From Octopus bimaculoides (taxonomy: Eukaryota): a DNA stretch of 49,166 nucleotides. The DNA is taken from NCBI RefSeq assembly GCF_001194135.2, contig NC_068993.1, forward strand, positions 20,408,970 through 20,458,135, written 5' to 3'. The position numbers and the translations under genes are program-made. A model generated the notes under the pieces. That model saw only the letters and a list, made by a program, of their open reading frames with translations, had not been told where the DNA came from and did no database searches. Below are positions 47,283 to 49,166 of the stretch, in pieces (the stretch's first letter is position 1; each line of letters opens with the position of its first letter).

Positions 47283-49060
47283 AGAGCTAAAATACTCTAA
47301 TGCTGTAGTTAACACATGAATGAAAATATATACACTACTAGGGTCCTGGATCATCACACATAATCACATGCTTGTCCCTCCCCCACACACACTAATATAT
47401 ATATATATATATATATATGCATACACAGAATTATGCAATCACCACGTGTAGGTACATTACAGGGAAATCACAACAAATATATAAATAGACGGACAAATGA
47501 GCAATAAAGATTAGTCACATGTTAATTTCATAAGTTTTGATTTGCTAAGTGGTAATAAGTGTGGGGGATCAAAATTGAAAGAAAGGAACAAAGTGAAACT
47601 GTTGAATCTATATAAATAATACTTTCCTGGGATGGGAATGATAACAATAAATTGTTTTGTTTTATAAAAGTCATGTAAGCTTGTGTCGTCACAAATTTAG
47701 GAATCATTTTGAAACTGACTGTCAAGCCTCCTGTGTGTGGCTGATAAGTGACTCCTAAAGGAAACAAGGAATAGAAAAGAAGAAATTATTAGGTAAGATT
47801 ACTTTCTAAATCTATTAATTTTCTGAAAAAAAAAAAAAAAATGAATTTGCAGAAAAATTGTTTGATGTTAGGGTTAACTGATTTAAAATCTTAGGATATG
47901 GCTTGGTTGTGAGAGTTATGATATGTCTTAGTGATCAAGGCATTCACTTATGGACAGTGAAATGAAATCTGTTGCTTGCATTCCTGTTTGTGTTTCTGGT
48001 TAGAATTACACTATATACAAAATTATTTCAGTTCACTTAGCTGTTGAATACATGTATCAAACTATTTGTGAGTGTTAACTAGTAATAAACTGGTATAATA
48101 TCTAGGGATAAATTGACTTTGTATCTGCTTTTAGTTTGGAATTAACACACACACACACATATGTACAAGGGACATTTTTCAGTTTCTGTCTACTAAATCC
48201 ACTCATAAAGCTTTGCTTGGCCCTAGGTTATAGTAGAAAACACCTGCCCAAGGGATCATGCAGTGGAAGTGAACCTGGAACCATGTGGTTGGGAAGCAAA
48301 CTTCTTACCACACAGCCACAGGTGTGGCTGTGTGACAAGAAGTTTAGCAGAAATAAATTTAAGTAAACAAAATAAAACTAAAACTAATTAACACATAAAT
48401 AAAAACATACACTAACAAATTTTCTAATGCTGTAGTTAATGTACATGAAGGGAAACAAATATACTAACAGGGACCTGAATCATCTGAAAAATGTTGATCA
48501 AGAATTCTTAATACTAACATCAGTTTCAGCATTTTTCAGACAATTCCGGTCCCTGTTAGTATATTTGTTTCCCTTCATGTGCATTAACTACAGCATTAGA
48601 AAATTTTAGCTCTTATTTCTAGCAACAGAGGTGTTTCTTAACACCCTAGTCACACTTAGTGACAATTATAATTCTCCTTTTTGGTGAAACACTGCATCCT
48701 GTTATTAATATTAATTTTATGTATATACTTTAACGAATTGCTAAATCATCCATTAATTTGGATGACAAAACATAAATACTTATAGAGAAGCAAGTAGAAA
48801 GAAAACCAAATATTAATTGGGATTAATTGATGAGGCAACGGAAATTGCCAAAATTGACATTAGGATTAAGAATTCTCGGTTGGTATTTTTCAGATGATTC
48901 AGGATACTAGTAGTGTATATATTTTCATTCATGTGTGTTAACTACAGCATTAGAGTATTTTAGCTCTTATTTCTAGCAATGTAGGTGTTTCTTAACACCC
49001 TAGTCACATTTAGAGACAATTATAATTCTCCTTTTTGGTGAAACCTTGTAACCTGGTGTT
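47281..49060. repeat. Four copies of a local repeat arranged as two inverted pairs
   Basis: 47281-47355 (+), 48415-48492 (+), 48530-48700 (-) and 48885-49060 (-) share ctaatgctgtagttaa...atgaa...aatata...ctaacagggacctgaatcatc. Confidence 0.8.
48165..48325 (-). repeat. tRNA-derived SINE fragment
   Basis: tcagtttctgtctactaaatccactc...gaacctggaaccatgtggttgggaagc family sequence. Confidence 0.8.
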
Positions 49061-49064
49061 TATA

Positions 49065-49119
49065 TATTATATTATGTTATATTATATTATATTATATTAT
49101 ATCATATATATATAATATA

Positions 49120-49166
<47 letters not shown>
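49065..49166. repeat. (TA)n and (TATAT)n low-complexity tract
   Basis: Direct reading. Confidence 0.95.

Noticed and set aside
46473-47357. Cys/Val- or His/Thr-rich ORFs (also 43714-44242, 45228-45674, 18145-18372)
   Set aside because: Translations of CA/TG/GA microsatellites and SINE tails.

Overview
AT-rich, repeat-dense animal genomic DNA. The repeat families look like Octopus or another coleoid cephalopod; this is my recognition, not something the sequence proves. There are four assembly gaps: 1089-1475, 20999-21591, 28403-29022 and 43229-43312. The left third holds a spliced ERCC1 DNA-repair gene on the + strand: nine GT-AG-flanked coding exons from 3116 to the stop at 17635, with the 5' end uncertain. 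Its introns are filled with RTE LINE 3' ends, tRNA-type SINEs, MITEs and a 450-nt fold-back element carrying hammerhead-like cores. Downstream (about 18.4-41 kb) is a nested cluster of mobile elements whose recognisable coding strands all point minus: an RTE LINE, a SINE, a CsRn1-like Ty3/Gypsy element with a nested solo LTR, three Penelope-like copies, a Helitron fragment and a second Gypsy integrase. The main find sits inside this cluster: a lightly decayed endogenous parvovirus/densovirus-like element at 21592-24313. It has a recognisable NS1 (HUH endonuclease plus SF3 helicase) and a capsid-like ORF split by an LTR insertion. The capsid-like ORF lies UPSTREAM of NS1 on the same strand, only 23 nt away, with no telomere hairpin between them. 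NS1 has no ATG and begins at an in-frame splice acceptor. No prokaryotic features, rRNA, true tRNA or CRISPR array were found.
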